Positions 50,106 through 60,330 of a DNA stretch of 60,718 nucleotides are shown piece by piece (position 1 is the stretch's first letter; each line of letters starts with the position of its first letter). Both the position numbers and the translations under genes were made by a program. Below the pieces are notes generated by a model. That model was not told the origin of the DNA, ran no database searches, and saw only the letters and a program-made list of their open reading frames with translations. The stretch comes from Nitrospiraceae bacterium (lineage in GTDB: Bacteria > Nitrospirota > Nitrospiria > Nitrospirales > Nitrospiraceae), in the NCBI GenBank assembly GCA_037442105.1, contig JBBIQV010000014.1, positions 1-60,718 on the forward strand. The letters are read 5' to 3'.

Positions 50106-51668
50106 ATGCAGGAACATTTCTCAGATTGGCTGCGTCGGCTCTTCATCGGCATGACGCTCGTCACATTCTCGCTCGTTCTTGGGGGCCCCTCGTGGGGTCA
50201 GCCGCCTACGACCAAATCCGCAAGCACGGACCGTCGCGAAGCCATCTCGTTGGCCGACGCAGCGATTCGAGCCCTTCAGAATAACCTGGACATTTCGATC
50301 AGCCGCCAGACAAAAGAAAGCCGGCTGACCGACATCATCGTCGAACAAGCCAAGTTCGATCCCACGTTCAGCCTCAACGGCACCTATACGCGCACCGTGA
50401 GCCCATTGAACCGGCCGGTGTTCGGCTTCTCGGGAGCAGCGCTCGACCAGGTACAGACCTTCGACGAAAAGCAGCATCAAGTGACGCTGGACCTGGCCCA
50501 AAATCTCCTGACGGGCGGCAACTTCGATCTCAACTACAACCCCCATCGCCGGAACGTTGCCGGTCAGACGACCTTCCTATTCAATCCTGCTTACTCCGGA
50601 GGCCTTTCCCTCACCCTGACCCAACCGCTGTTGCGCAACGCGGGAACCGAAGTCAACAGGACCTTCATCAAGATCGCCCAGAATAATGCCAAGGTCGAGG
50701 AGCACGTCTTCTTGGACCGCGTGTTGACGGTCCTCGCGACCGTGGAGCAGACGTACTGGGAATTGGTCTTCGCCAACGAGAATTTCAAGGTCGCCCAAGC
50801 CGCCCTGAAAGCGGCCGAGGAGCTTCTGGCCAGCAACCGTGCAAAAGCCAAAGCCGGTGTGATGTCGGTGGTGGACGTGCTACAGGCTGAGGCGGCCGTC
50901 GCCGCCCGTGTCGAACAGACCTTGATTGCGGAGAAAGCGATTCGCGACCAGGAGGATCAGTTTCGGCGGTTACTCAACCCCGCGGAGGAGGAACTGCGTC
51001 AGGAGCTTCGTCTGCTCCCCACAGACCAGCCCTTGACCATGCTGGAGCCGATCAGCTTGCAAGAAACCATCGACATTGCCATCGAGCGCCGGCCGGAAAT
51101 CCTGCAGGCCAACAAAAATGTTGAAACCAGCGAGCTGAATACCAAATTTGCCAAGAATCAGTTGTTGCCGACGCTCTCCTTCCAGGGAAATGTCGGGATG
51201 GCCGGCCTCGGAGGCGACATTCCGGACTATTTCCAGCGCAACTTCAATGGCGAATTTTATAACTATGCAGCCGGGTTCGTACTGAGTTTCCCCTTGGGCA
51301 ACCGCTCAGCCATCAGCACCTATAATAAGCGCCAGCTTGAAGCCAAGAACGCCGGATTCACCCTTCAGAGCGTGCGCCAGCAGATCATTATCGGTGTCAA
51401 AGAGGCCGTGCGCCGGGTGCAGACGGACTTCAAGCGCATCGAAACGACAAGGTCCGCGCGGATCATGGCTGAAAAGCAGTTGCAGGCCGAGCGGGAGCGC
51501 CTGAACGTCGGCTTGAGCACGACGCGATTCGTCCTCGATTTTCAACGTGACTTGGCGACGGCCCAGGGCAACGAGCTGCGCGCGACCGTGGACTACAACA
51601 AGTCGCTCTCGAATTTGGCCAGACACAAGGCCACGACGCTGGACCGCTACGATCTCCAATTGCAGTAG
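50106..51668 (+). CDS. TolC-family outer-membrane efflux protein
   Basis: AL.NN, TQPLL, RRPE and LPTL repeated OEP halves. Confidence 0.9.
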   Translation: MQEHFSDWLRRLFIGMTLVTFSLVLGGPSWGQPPTTKSASTDRREAISLADAAIRALQNNLDISISRQTKESRLTDIIVEQAKFDPTFSLNGTYTRTVSPLNRPVFGFSGAALDQVQTFDEKQHQVTLDLAQNLLTGGNFDLNYNPHRRNVAGQTTFLFNPAYSGGLSLTLTQPLLRNAGTEVNRTFIKIAQNNAKVEEHVFLDRVLTVLATVEQTYWELVFANENFKVAQAALKAAEELLASNRAKAKAGVMSVVDVLQAEAAVAARVEQTLIAEKAIRDQEDQFRRLLNPAEEELRQELRLLPTDQPLTMLEPISLQETIDIAIERRPEILQANKNVETSELNTKFAKNQLLPTLSFQGNVGMAGLGGDIPDYFQRNFNGEFYNYAAGFVLSFPLGNRSAISTYNKRQLEAKNAGFTLQSVRQQIIIGVKEAVRRVQTDFKRIETTRSARIMAEKQLQAERERLNVGLSTTRFVLDFQRDLATAQGNELRATVDYNKSLSNLARHKATTLDRYDLQLQ

Positions 51669-51674
51669 CGCGGC

Positions 51675-52391
51675 ATGCAGGGGCGCGAGCCATCCGCAGC
51701 AGAGATAGAGGCTCGGGCGCCTGAACGGAGCGCCGCGCTCGCGCTGCTTCCGATCGCTTCCACAGTTCTGTTCTATCTTCTCCCCGACTCGCTGCAACGG
51801 GAACGGCTTATCCAGTTCTTGCCGCAACTACTCGCCTACGCCAGCCTGGCTTTCTGGTGCACCCGGAACACGAATCGGCTGCAGAAGCTGGGACTCTCTC
51901 TCGACCGGCTCCGTGCCGGTCTGTTGCCGGGCGCCATCACGGGCGTTGCTCTCGGAGCCCTCAACGTGCTCGTCATCCTCCGTCTCACTCCCTGGCTCGG
52001 CTACGACATCACCTTCCTCCAAGACACGCCTCATGCCAACATCCCCGTCCTCGTGATGCTGCCCTGGTTCATCCTGTTCATCGCCGTCGCCGTGGAGCTG
52101 AACTTCCGCGGCTTCCTGCTGGGACGGGTGCTGGCATTGGGGCGATCGTTTCCCAATTCCGTTGTCACTCGTATGGCATCGCCCATCGCGATCATCGCCA
52201 GCGCCCTGGCATTTGCCTTCGACCCCTTCCTGGTGGCAACCTTTCAATACCTGCATTGGATCGCGATCTGGGACGGCGTGGTCTGGGGCATCATGCGGGT
52301 GCGGATGGGAAGCCTCTACGCCCCGATCATGGCCCACGCGGTCGAGGTCATCATCATGTACTCGGTAATAAGGAAAGTCTTGATCTCGTGA
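51675..52391 (+). CDS. CPBP (CAAX-protease/Abi-like) intramembrane protein
   Basis: VELNFRG and SLYAPIMAH; multiple TM helices. Confidence 0.75.
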   Translation: MQGREPSAAEIEARAPERSAALALLPIASTVLFYLLPDSLQRERLIQFLPQLLAYASLAFWCTRNTNRLQKLGLSLDRLRAGLLPGAITGVALGALNVLVILRLTPWLGYDITFLQDTPHANIPVLVMLPWFILFIAVAVELNFRGFLLGRVLALGRSFPNSVVTRMASPIAIIASALAFAFDPFLVATFQYLHWIAIWDGVVWGIMRVRMGSLYAPIMAHAVEVIIMYSVIRKVLIS

Positions 52392-52461
52392 TTTGGTGAT
52401 CCGGCGAGGTACTGTCCCAGCCGGTGCCTGTCCCCATTTTCACTCAATCACCACATTCCCC

Positions 52462-53490
52462 ATGAATCCATCTTTCTCCAGCTACCTCGTCAACGATGTC
52501 TTCGGCGACCCCGGTGTCTATGTGGAAGTCCGGTGGTCGAAACGTGCGCTGCTCTTCGATCTGGGACACAACGAGGCCCTTGGCCCCACTCGCTTACTGC
52601 GCGCCAACGACATCTTCATCTCCCATACCCACATGGATCATTTCATCGGCTTCGACCAGGTGCTGCGGGTCGCGCTCGGACGAGGCAAGACACTGAGACT
52701 TTACGGACCACCGGGTCTGATCGCCAATGTTCAAGGCAAACTCAAGGGCTATACCTGGAACCTGGTAGACGGCTACCCGCTCTCGATCAAGGTGCAGGAG
52801 TTTCACCGGCACGAGGTACGGCTGGGGACGTTCTTGGCGACGGACGGCTTCTTGCTTCATGAAGAACCGTCCCAGCCTGAACCGGCGCGATCGGCTGCTG
52901 GCCTGTTCCCGGTCCTTGACGACCCCATGTTCATGATCAGCGCGGTGACGTTGAACCATCGCGTTCCCTCATTCGCCTACGCGCTACGAGAGCAATTTCA
53001 CATCAACGTCAACAAGCAGAAGCTCCATGACGCCGGGCTCCCGGTCGGCTCCTGGCTCAAGGACGTGAAGCAGTATCTGTGGCAAGGAAAGCCGGACGAT
53101 TTTCGATTCACCGCCACCCTGTATTTCGAGCACAGGAAGCAAGAGCTGGAGTTCATCCTCGGGGAGCTGCGCGAGCGGTTCTTCACGATCACGCGCGGAC
53201 AAAAGATCGCCTACGTGGTGGACGCCCGCTACGACGAGGAGAACGAAGCGAAAATCGTGGAACTGGCCCGCGGCGCCGACATCTTCTATTGTGAAGCACC
53301 CTACCTGGATCAAGATGCGGACAAAGCCTGGGAACGGTATCATCTGACGGCGCGGCAAGCCGGCCTGATGGCCAAGAAAGCCGGCGTGCGGGAACTGGTC
53401 GTCTTTCACTTCTCGCCGCGCTATACGGGAATGGGCGATACGATCGTGCGGGAGGCCATGGCTGAATTGAAGGAGAATCGAAATGGGTGA
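52462..53490 (+). CDS. rnz: Ribonuclease Z-like metallo-beta-lactamase
   Basis: SHTHMDHF, NH, YHLT, FHFSPRY. Confidence 0.8.
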   Translation: MNPSFSSYLVNDVFGDPGVYVEVRWSKRALLFDLGHNEALGPTRLLRANDIFISHTHMDHFIGFDQVLRVALGRGKTLRLYGPPGLIANVQGKLKGYTWNLVDGYPLSIKVQEFHRHEVRLGTFLATDGFLLHEEPSQPEPARSAAGLFPVLDDPMFMISAVTLNHRVPSFAYALREQFHINVNKQKLHDAGLPVGSWLKDVKQYLWQGKPDDFRFTATLYFEHRKQELEFILGELRERFFTITRGQKIAYVVDARYDEENEAKIVELARGADIFYCEAPYLDQDADKAWERYHLTARQAGLMAKKAGVRELVVFHFSPRYTGMGDTIVREAMAELKENRNG

Positions 53491-53821
53491 ATTAGTGAAG
53501 TACGGGTTGTATTTTCTACTCGGTGGACTCGTCGTCAGCCTGTCCACCTATCTGGGTGCCAGAGGCGAAGGGTTTCTTGCAGCCTTCGCCAGCACCTTTC
53601 CGGCTATTACCGGTGTGACGTTCGTGTTGATCTATTTGAACGGTGGGAATGACTCGACGCTCATCTACGCGAAACACCTCCTCTGGTTTGTCCCGCCCTG
53701 GCTGGCTTATGTCGGCTTCATGATTTTCGCCCTAAACCGGTTGGGTTTCTGGCCCACCATGGTCGGCTCGTTGGCGCTTTACATGGGATGCGTGGGGCTG
53801 CTGAGGCTGACGTTGCGATGA
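53483..53821 (+). CDS. Small membrane protein (DUF3147/GlpM-like)
   Basis: Four hydrophobic segments; FLLGG...AAF.STFP. Confidence 0.65.
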   Translation: MGELVKYGLYFLLGGLVVSLSTYLGARGEGFLAAFASTFPAITGVTFVLIYLNGGNDSTLIYAKHLLWFVPPWLAYVGFMIFALNRLGFWPTMVGSLALYMGCVGLLRLTLR

Positions 53822-53849
53822 AGCGGAATAGACGAGTAAAAGGTGCCTT

Positions 53850-56690
53850 GTGCTGAACCCTACACCCTCTTCCCACACTTCCGGCGACCTCATCGTCGAG
53901 GGTGCCAGGCAGAATAACCTCAAGAACATCTCGCTGCGGATTCCGCACAACCAAGTCACCGCCATCACCGGCGTGTCGGGGTCCGGCAAGTCCTCGCTGG
54001 CCTTCGACACGCTCTTTGCCGAAGGCCAATGGCGTTATGTCGAATCGCTTTCGACTTACGCTCGTATGTTCCTGGAAAAGGTGGATCGCCCGGATGTGGA
54101 CCGGATCATCAATGTCCGCCCCGCCATCGCAATCGAGCAGAAGAACCCGGTCCGCACGGCCCGCTCGACGGTCGGCACCGCGACCGAGATTGCCGACCTG
54201 CTGCGGCTGCTGTTCGCCAAGGTCGGCAAGCCGGTCTGTCCAGACTGCAAGATCGAAGCACGTGGCTACCATCCCGGCTCGGTGACCGATGACCTTCTCT
54301 CCCGCTTTCCCGACGCAAGGGCTCTGGTGCTATTCCCGATCCACGATCCCGGTCCGGCCCATGATCGCTCGTTGATTGAGTCGCTCCGCACGCGCGGCTT
54401 TACCCGACTGAAATGCGGCGAGGAGGTATTGGATTTACATGGCGAGGTGGTCCTACCGAAGACTGAGCGACCGGCCCTGTCCGTTGTGTTGGATCGTCTC
54501 GTCCTGCGGCAGGACAATCGAACCCGCCTCGTTGAAGCGATCGAAACGGCTTTTCACGAAGGAGAAGGAATCTGCCGCGTCGAAATCATCGGCAAAGGGG
54601 GCCAGACCTACAGCACCCAGTTTCGTTGCCAGAACTGTGGCCGCACGTTCGAACCGGTCCGCCCCTTGCTCTTTTCCTTCAACCATCCGCTTGGCGCCTG
54701 CCCGGAGTGCAAAGGCTTCGGCAATGTGCTGCGCTATGACGAAGACTTGGTGGTCCCCGACCGGTCACGCTCCCTCGCCCAAGGCGCCATCGAGCCCTGG
54801 AGCAAGCCGAGCGCCGACTGGTGGCAGAAGCAGATGCTGCTGGCGATGAAGCGCCGGGGCGTAGACCTCACCATCCCCTATCAGGAATTACCGGCTGAGA
54901 TCAAACACCTACTCTGGGAAGGAGACGGCAAGTTTGACGGAGTCCAGCAGTTCTTTGAATACTTAGAGACGAAGCGGTACAAGCTGCACGTCCGTGTCCT
55001 CCTCAGCCGGTACCGGAGTCCTGTTTCCTGTGGGACGTGCAGCGGCAGCCGGCTCAAACCAGAAGCCCTGTATGTGAAACTGGCGGGAAAGGATATCCAT
55101 GAGATTGCAACGCTCACGATTCACGATGCCGTCGGATGGATCGATTCGCTCCAACTTTCGCCGTTCGATGCGCAGGTGGCGAACGATATCCTCCGGCAAC
55201 TGCGTGCCAAGCTGGGCTTTCTGGTCCGCGTCGGCCTCGGCTATCTGACCCTGTCACGTCAGACCAAAACCCTCTCAGGAGGCGAAGCGCAACGGATCGC
55301 GCTAGCCAACCAACTGGGCTCCCGTCTGGTCGGGACGCTCTACGTGTTGGATGAGCCAACGATCGGCCTCCATGCCCGTGACACGGCGATGCTCGCCGGC
55401 ATCCTGCACGATCTTGCTGCAAGCGGCAACACGGTTGTGGTCGTCGAACATGACCGGCAGGTGATCCAAGCCGCCGACCACATTATCGAACTGGGCCCCT
55501 GGTCCGGCGAAAAAGGCGGTGAGGTGGTCTGCGGGGCGCCGCGCGAAGAATTCCTGAAGGACCGGCGATCCATCACGGCGCGCTATTTACGCGGAGAAGA
55601 GACTATTCCCGTTCCCCCCGCACGACGACCGGGAAACGGCAAAACACTCACCGTTGCCGGCGCCTGCGAGCACAATCTCAAACATCTCCTCGTGCGGATT
55701 CCCCTGCACATGTTGGTTTGCGTGACCGGCGTGTCCGGTTCCGGCAAAAGCACGCTCGTGGAGGAGACCCTGTACCGGGCGGTCGCGCGCGCCTTCCGCG
55801 TGGAATCGCTGCCGATGGGCCGGTTCCGCGCCATCAAAGGCCTTGAACACCTCAAAGGCGTGCGTCTCATCGACCAGCAGCCGATCGGCCGGACGCCGCG
55901 GTCCAATCCCATCACCTACCTCAAGGCCTTCGACGAGATTCGTTCGCTCTTTGCCTTCGAGCGGGACGCGCTGCGTCAGGGCCTGACGCCGGGACATTTT
56001 TCCTTCAACGCCGCCGGGGGACGGTGCGAGCGATGCGAGGGGAATGGCTACGAGAAGTTGGAGATGTACTTCTTCGAAGACATCTACGTCACCTGCGAGG
56101 AATGCAACGGCCGGCGTTTCAAGCCGGAAGTGCTCGGCATCCGCTACCGAGGCAAAACTATCCACGAGGTGTTGGGCATGACCGTCGATGAAGCCAAGTC
56201 GTTCTTTTCCGGCTCCCCCAAGTTGACGGAGAAGCTCTACCTGCTGTCTTCCATCGGCCTCGGGTATCTTCGGCTGGGCCAATCTGCCACCACTCTGTCC
56301 GGAGGCGAAGCGCAGCGGTTGAAAATTGCCGCCGAGCTGACGATGTCCGGGGACAGGCACCGGCAGGGACTCTCCCCCCAGGGGACCGTCCCCCTTCATA
56401 GCCGGAGCCAGTCCCCCGGCATGCTCTACATTCTGGACGAGCCGACCACCGGCTTGCATTTCGAAGACATCAAGAAACTGCTGGCGGTGCTCAACAAATT
56501 GGTGGATGCCGGCAACACCGTGGTCGTCGTCGAGCACAACCTCGATGTCATCAAGACTGCCGACTGGATCATCGACCTCGGCCCGGAGGGCGGCGAAGCA
56601 GGCGGCCAGATCGTGGCGGAAGGACGGCCGGAACAGGTAGCGCAGGTTGCGGCGTCTTATACCGGACGATTTCTGTCTCAGATCATCTAG
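53850..56690 (+). CDS. uvrA: Excinuclease ABC subunit A
   Basis: Two GVSGSGKS, two LSGGEAQR, zinc fingers, DEPTTGLH. Confidence 0.95.
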   Translation: MLNPTPSSHTSGDLIVEGARQNNLKNISLRIPHNQVTAITGVSGSGKSSLAFDTLFAEGQWRYVESLSTYARMFLEKVDRPDVDRIINVRPAIAIEQKNPVRTARSTVGTATEIADLLRLLFAKVGKPVCPDCKIEARGYHPGSVTDDLLSRFPDARALVLFPIHDPGPAHDRSLIESLRTRGFTRLKCGEEVLDLHGEVVLPKTERPALSVVLDRLVLRQDNRTRLVEAIETAFHEGEGICRVEIIGKGGQTYSTQFRCQNCGRTFEPVRPLLFSFNHPLGACPECKGFGNVLRYDEDLVVPDRSRSLAQGAIEPWSKPSADWWQKQMLLAMKRRGVDLTIPYQELPAEIKHLLWEGDGKFDGVQQFFEYLETKRYKLHVRVLLSRYRSPVSCGTCSGSRLKPEALYVKLAGKDIHEIATLTIHDAVGWIDSLQLSPFDAQVANDILRQLRAKLGFLVRVGLGYLTLSRQTKTLSGGEAQRIALANQLGSRLVGTLYVLDEPTIGLHARDTAMLAGILHDLAASGNTVVVVEHDRQVIQAADHIIELGPWSGEKGGEVVCGAPREEFLKDRRSITARYLRGEETIPVPPARRPGNGKTLTVAGACEHNLKHLLVRIPLHMLVCVTGVSGSGKSTLVEETLYRAVARAFRVESLPMGRFRAIKGLEHLKGVRLIDQQPIGRTPRSNPITYLKAFDEIRSLFAFERDALRQGLTPGHFSFNAAGGRCERCEGNGYEKLEMYFFEDIYVTCEECNGRRFKPEVLGIRYRGKTIHEVLGMTVDEAKSFFSGSPKLTEKLYLLSSIGLGYLRLGQSATTLSGGEAQRLKIAAELTMSGDRHRQGLSPQGTVPLHSRSQSPGMLYILDEPTTGLHFEDIKKLLAVLNKLVDAGNTVVVVEHNLDVIKTADWIIDLGPEGGEAGGQIVAEGRPEQVAQVAASYTGRFLSQII
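56349..56416. repeat. REP-like palindrome in frame in uvrA
   Basis: GGGGACAGGCACCGGC ... GCCGGAGCCAGTCCCC encodes GDRHRQGLSPQGTVPLHSRSQSP between the signature motif and Walker B. Confidence 0.8.
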
Positions 56691-56691
56691 C

Positions 56692-56720
56692 TTGACAGAA
56701 TTCTGCACATTATTTAGACT
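56692..56720 (+). promoter_or_regulatory. Sigma-70 promoter of the TA module
   Basis: TTGACA-17 bp-TAGACT starting 2 bp after the uvrA stop. Confidence 0.7.
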
Positions 56721-56750
56721 TGGCGCAGGCATCCTGTTATGGAGGACACG

Positions 56751-57032
56751 ATGGGCATTACATCCAAAGACATCATCTCGCTCAGCCAGGCAAGGGCGAA
56801 GCTCACCGAACTGTGTGACGAAGTGCGCACAACAGGGAGCGAGAAACTCATTACCAAGAACGGAGGCAGCTGCGCGGCGCTTATCGACGCGGACCGCTTG
56901 GACTACTACCATCGCTTGGAACGGGAGCACATCCACCTCGGCTTGCTGGAAGAAGCGATCAAGGGTCTCGTCGACGTGAAGGCGGGCAAGACGCTGAGCC
57001 TCGCCCAACTCAAATCGCGTCATGGCCGGTAG
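56751..57032 (+). CDS. Phd/YefM antitoxin
   Basis: SLSQARAKLTEL...KLITKNG..AALI; GGAGG RBS. Confidence 0.85.
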   Translation: MGITSKDIISLSQARAKLTELCDEVRTTGSEKLITKNGGSCAALIDADRLDYYHRLEREHIHLGLLEEAIKGLVDVKAGKTLSLAQLKSRHGR

Positions 57033-57396
57033 GCGACCGCGTTTCACTGACAACTTCTCGACCAACCTAGCGGCCATTGAAGCATTCCTCGCCCCCCAGA
57101 GCCGGACGGCATATCATCGCTTCCTTGATCGCCTCTTCGACGACGTGATTCCCATGCTCTGCCGATTCCCACAATCCGGTCGATCGTTCCTGGCCCGCGC
57201 GGTGATGTCTGCCAAAGCGAAGGTGGCCACGGCTGATCTGCGACAGTTCCTCAGCAAAGGAGACGAACTGCGCGAATTCGTAATCGACGACTATCTGGTG
57301 CTTTACCTGGTACGCCGGCATCACGTGATCTTCCTGGCTGTCAAGCACCATCGGCAATTGTCATTCGATCTCAAGCGATTCTGGTGCGAGGAATGA
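57022..57396 (+). CDS. RelE/ParE-like toxin
   Basis: FP.SGR...LREFVIDDYLVLY...LAVKHHRQL; overlaps the antitoxin gene. Confidence 0.8.
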   Translation: MAGRRPRFTDNFSTNLAAIEAFLAPQSRTAYHRFLDRLFDDVIPMLCRFPQSGRSFLARAVMSAKAKVATADLRQFLSKGDELREFVIDDYLVLYLVRRHHVIFLAVKHHRQLSFDLKRFWCEE

Positions 57397-57432
57397 TTGC
57401 GAGATGCCAGCGTCCACCTGGCGAGAGTTACC

Positions 57433-57568
57433 GTCCTGCACAAGCTGGTGGATACCGGCAACACCGTGGTCGTCGTCGAGCACAACCTCGACGTGGTCAG
57501 GACCGCCGACTGGATCATCGATCTCGGCCCCGAAGACGGCGGGGCAGGGGGCCAGATCGTAGCGGAAG
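57433..57568 (+). repeat. 136-bp diverged duplicate of the uvrA 3' region (56487-56622)
   Basis: [45 protein letters not shown] versus [45 protein letters not shown]. Confidence 0.92.
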
Positions 57569-57815
57569 AGGAGTCCGAAGCCCCGTGGACAGACTAGCCA
57601 TCCGCCTACCTCCTGGACAGGCAGAACGGAATGATGCCGGTCAGCCATAATGGGATTATGCTGGTCAGGGCCAGTCGGCACGAGGTCGGGGGCACAAGAT
57701 CTTAACAGGTATTGGGAAACCGAACAGAATTGCGACGTTTATTGGAGCGTTTGAGAGCGGATATAGCCGGTCAGCCTACTTAATGGTTAGGCGCACAAAG
57801 GAAGATGATCCGGAC

Positions 57816-58107
57816 TGTAATCCCAAAATGATAATGTCCGGTTTTGCCAAAGTAGAAATGTCCTCTTTAGCGATAGACTGTCCCCTCTCAGAAGGAGGAG
57901 GGTGGGATGGTCAGAGAGGACGAGGTGATGATGAGTGGGAAGGAATTGCGACGGGTACATGTGATTCGCCAGGTGGTGGAGAAGACGCTGACGCAGGTGG
58001 AGGCGGCCACACTGTTAGGGCTGACCGATCGGCAGATTCGACGTCTGATGCGACGAGGAAGGAAAAGGGGACAGAGGAAGGAAAAGGGGACAGGCTACTT
58101 TTTCTGA
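57816..58107 (+). mobile_element. IS481/ISNCY-like element relic (left end plus transposase HTH fragment)
   Basis: TGT-initiated end with repeated ATGTCC motifs; ORF 57907-58107 MSGKELRRVHVI...QVEAATLLGLTDRQIRRL, truncated at GGGGACAG repeats. Confidence 0.65.
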
Positions 58108-58331
58108 TTGATCAGTCCGGCCAGCCTCCCATCGCGCTCCGATTCGCGGCTCTTTTGCAGCCAGTTAAGACTGCTTCGCGCTCCAAGATTTGGGGTCAGG
58201 TCTTGCAATCCAACATTACGGGTTGCGGGCGCTCGATTACTGCGACTGGATGTTGGTGTGTTCAGCACGTGAGATCACAATACGGTGCTTGAGTGTGAGG
58301 AGGTTTACGCATGGGCGTCTTGCAAACCCTG

Positions 58332-58646
58332 TCAGGCTGCAGTCAGTGGTGAAATGCGATTGATTCTCCCCTTGGCTTGTTTGGCTGCCTCCCATAGATC
58401 AACTGCCCGCTGGGCGTTCAACCAAAACTCTGGCGTGTTGCCGAACAATCGGGATAGCCGCAGCGCCATGTCTGGGCTCACGGCCCGCCGCTCACGAAGC
58501 ACCTCATTGACAGTCTGACGTGATACCCCAATAGCCTTGGCCAGGCCAGACACGGTCAGCCCATAATCCGGTAGGAAATCCTCTCGTAGCATCTCGCCTG
58601 GATGAGTGGGGCGAACTTTTCGAGACCCCTTATTGGGAAGGCTCAT
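58332..58646 (-). CDS. higA: HigA-family antitoxin
   Basis: RPTHPGEMLREDFL...SRQTVNE...MALRLSRLFGNTPEFWLNAQ. Confidence 0.92.
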   Translation of the reverse strand: MSLPNKGSRKVRPTHPGEMLREDFLPDYGLTVSGLAKAIGVSRQTVNEVLRERRAVSPDMALRLSRLFGNTPEFWLNAQRAVDLWEAAKQAKGRINRISPLTAA

Positions 58647-58654
58647 ACAGCACC

Positions 58655-58771
58655 TCAATGATAATCGGTCAATTCAACCTCATATGCATCTCCGTCGACA
58701 AATCGAAAGCAAATCCGCCACTGCTTGTTCACCGAAATAGAATACTGGCCCGCTCGATCCCGTTCCAGTTT
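58655..58771 (-). pseudogene. higB: HigB toxin C-terminal remnant
   Basis: Manual translation KLERDRAGQYSISVNKQWRICFRFVDGDAYEVELTDYH*. The 5' half is replaced by a GGGGTCGGGAGTCTTT repeat. Confidence 0.8.
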
Positions 58772-58970
58772 ACGGGGGGGAAGAAAGGGGTCGGGAGTCT
58801 TTGTTAGGCGACCGTGTCCGAGAATCTGGCTCTGTGATTCGCGTGGCGGCTCGCCCAGGAATCTACCCCATGGCCGCTTGGCCTGCGAAAAGTTGGTTTG
58901 ACAAAGACTTCCGACCCCTTTCTTGTGGCCTCGACCCCTTTCTTGCGGCCTTGGAAGTCGATGGCGTGCA

Positions 58971-59059
58971 GCCTAACCAGAACGTGAAGCTGACGACGTA
59001 GAAGGTTCTGTGGCACAATTCGCGGTGATTGGCCGCGGCGGCTCACCCTGTCGTCAGGC
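58971..59059. other. attC-like imperfect palindrome downstream of the MTase gene
   Basis: GCCTAAC-6 nt-GTGAAGCTG ... CGGCTCAC-6 nt-GTCAGGC: R and L box pairing with one unpaired base. One core deviates from consensus and there is no integrase in the window. Confidence 0.4.
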
Positions 59060-59082
59060 CGCAATTGCCACGTGAGAGCGAT

Positions 59083-60060
59083 TCAGTCGAGATCAAATCG
59101 AAACTTACTTCCCGCGAGATATTCCTCGACCGCATCAACGGCAATCCAGCGACGTGAGAGGGTTTCAGCTACGGCCCCTGTTGTGTTAGAGCCAGCGAAA
59201 GGATCAAGTACAACATTCCCCTCGTCAGTCAGCATCTTGATGAAAAATTCAGGCATTGCCGAGGGGAATCTAGCAGGATGAATCTTCATTCCGGCTTCTT
59301 TACACCGCGTTGTGTAAAGGTCATTGCTGGCATTATTGCCCATTCTGAGGAATTCGGTTGGAATGTCATCCTCAAAGACATTCGGCGGTATCGATCCACC
59401 GGCCGAAATATCGTCAAAAGAAGAATTGATGTTGTGGCCGGAAGGACGAACGGTTGTTTTCACACCTCTCTGGTTGAGCCTTAACATGTCCTTGCTATAA
59501 GGACGCAAGACTTTCCGATTGTCCGCCTTTGGCCACGGAGTTTTCGAGAACCACCAAACATGCTCGACGGCATCCTTGACCCGGATGCGACGAACGGTAA
59601 CCCACTCCGCAGGTACAGGCATCTTGGCTGGGTTATACCAGTAGCACTCTTGGGCAAGGTAAAAACCGATTTCCTCTACCAAGGCTGTAAGGAGTTTATA
59701 TTGGTAAATCGAACGAGTTGGGGTGCCAGGATTCCAACTGCCGCCGATATTCAGGACAAAACTGCCATCTTCCGCTAGAATACGTCGAAATTGTTCGGCG
59801 AACCCGATGAACCACTCGACGTATTCAGACTTTTGGACATTCCCATATTCCTTTTTGAAGTGGAGCGCATATGGCGGCGATGTGAATACCAAGTTTACGC
59901 TCGCGTTTGGTATCGCCCTCATCACTTCGAGAGAGTCGCCGAGAAAAGCCGCTCCATGATCTGTCTGATAGTAGGGCGCAATTCCGCTTACCAGTTTACT
60001 GGGTGGCTGCTGTCCATTAAAAGGCAGTCTTAGCGACTTGGGAGCTACCGGTGCTTTCAT
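59083..60060 (-). CDS. Beta-class amino-MTase, probably m4C (M.PvuII-like), type II RM
   Basis: FTSPPY precedes HPARFP and [12 protein letters not shown]. Confidence 0.9.
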   Translation of the reverse strand: MKAPVAPKSLRLPFNGQQPPSKLVSGIAPYYQTDHGAAFLGDSLEVMRAIPNASVNLVFTSPPYALHFKKEYGNVQKSEYVEWFIGFAEQFRRILAEDGSFVLNIGGSWNPGTPTRSIYQYKLLTALVEEIGFYLAQECYWYNPAKMPVPAEWVTVRRIRVKDAVEHVWWFSKTPWPKADNRKVLRPYSKDMLRLNQRGVKTTVRPSGHNINSSFDDISAGGSIPPNVFEDDIPTEFLRMGNNASNDLYTTRCKEAGMKIHPARFPSAMPEFFIKMLTDEGNVVLDPFAGSNTTGAVAETLSRRWIAVDAVEEYLAGSKFRFDLD

Positions 60061-60123
60061 GGGGCATCACCGAATCTTGGCCATTTTCCGATAGGATCGA
60101 GATTGTAGACAAATAGGTTTACC

Positions 60124-60330
60124 ATGTCAACCGATTTATTGTCAGACCTAATAACCCAAGCTGAAGCGGCGCGTTTACGGCATTGCTCTCGCCAAGCCAT
60201 CGCGAAACTGGTGAAACAGGGCAAGTTCAGAACCTTCATGGTCGCAGGCCGGCGGCTTCTGAGCAAGGCCGAAGTTATGAATTATGAAGTTAAACCTGCG
60301 GGTAGGCCACGAAGTAATGACCAACGTTGA
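60124..60330 (+). CDS. Small HTH protein, candidate RM regulator
   Basis: LITQAEAARLRHCSRQAIAKLVKQGK; divergent from the MTase and overlapping the next ORF. Confidence 0.65.
   Translation: MSTDLLSDLITQAEAARLRHCSRQAIAKLVKQGKFRTFMVAGRRLLSKAEVMNYEVKPAGRPRSNDQR

Noticed and set aside
51675..52391. CPBP/Abi protein as a phage abortive-infection gene
   Set aside because: The Abi label of this family is historical, and the gene sits in a housekeeping context (tolC, rnz, uvrA).
38000..53490. RtcB-like gene plus RNase Z as an RNA repair operon
   Set aside because: They are 13 kb apart, separated by unrelated genes and an opposite-strand ORF.
57700..57795. Second attC site ending in GTTAGGC
   Set aside because: The matching left core and L boxes pair too poorly to call.
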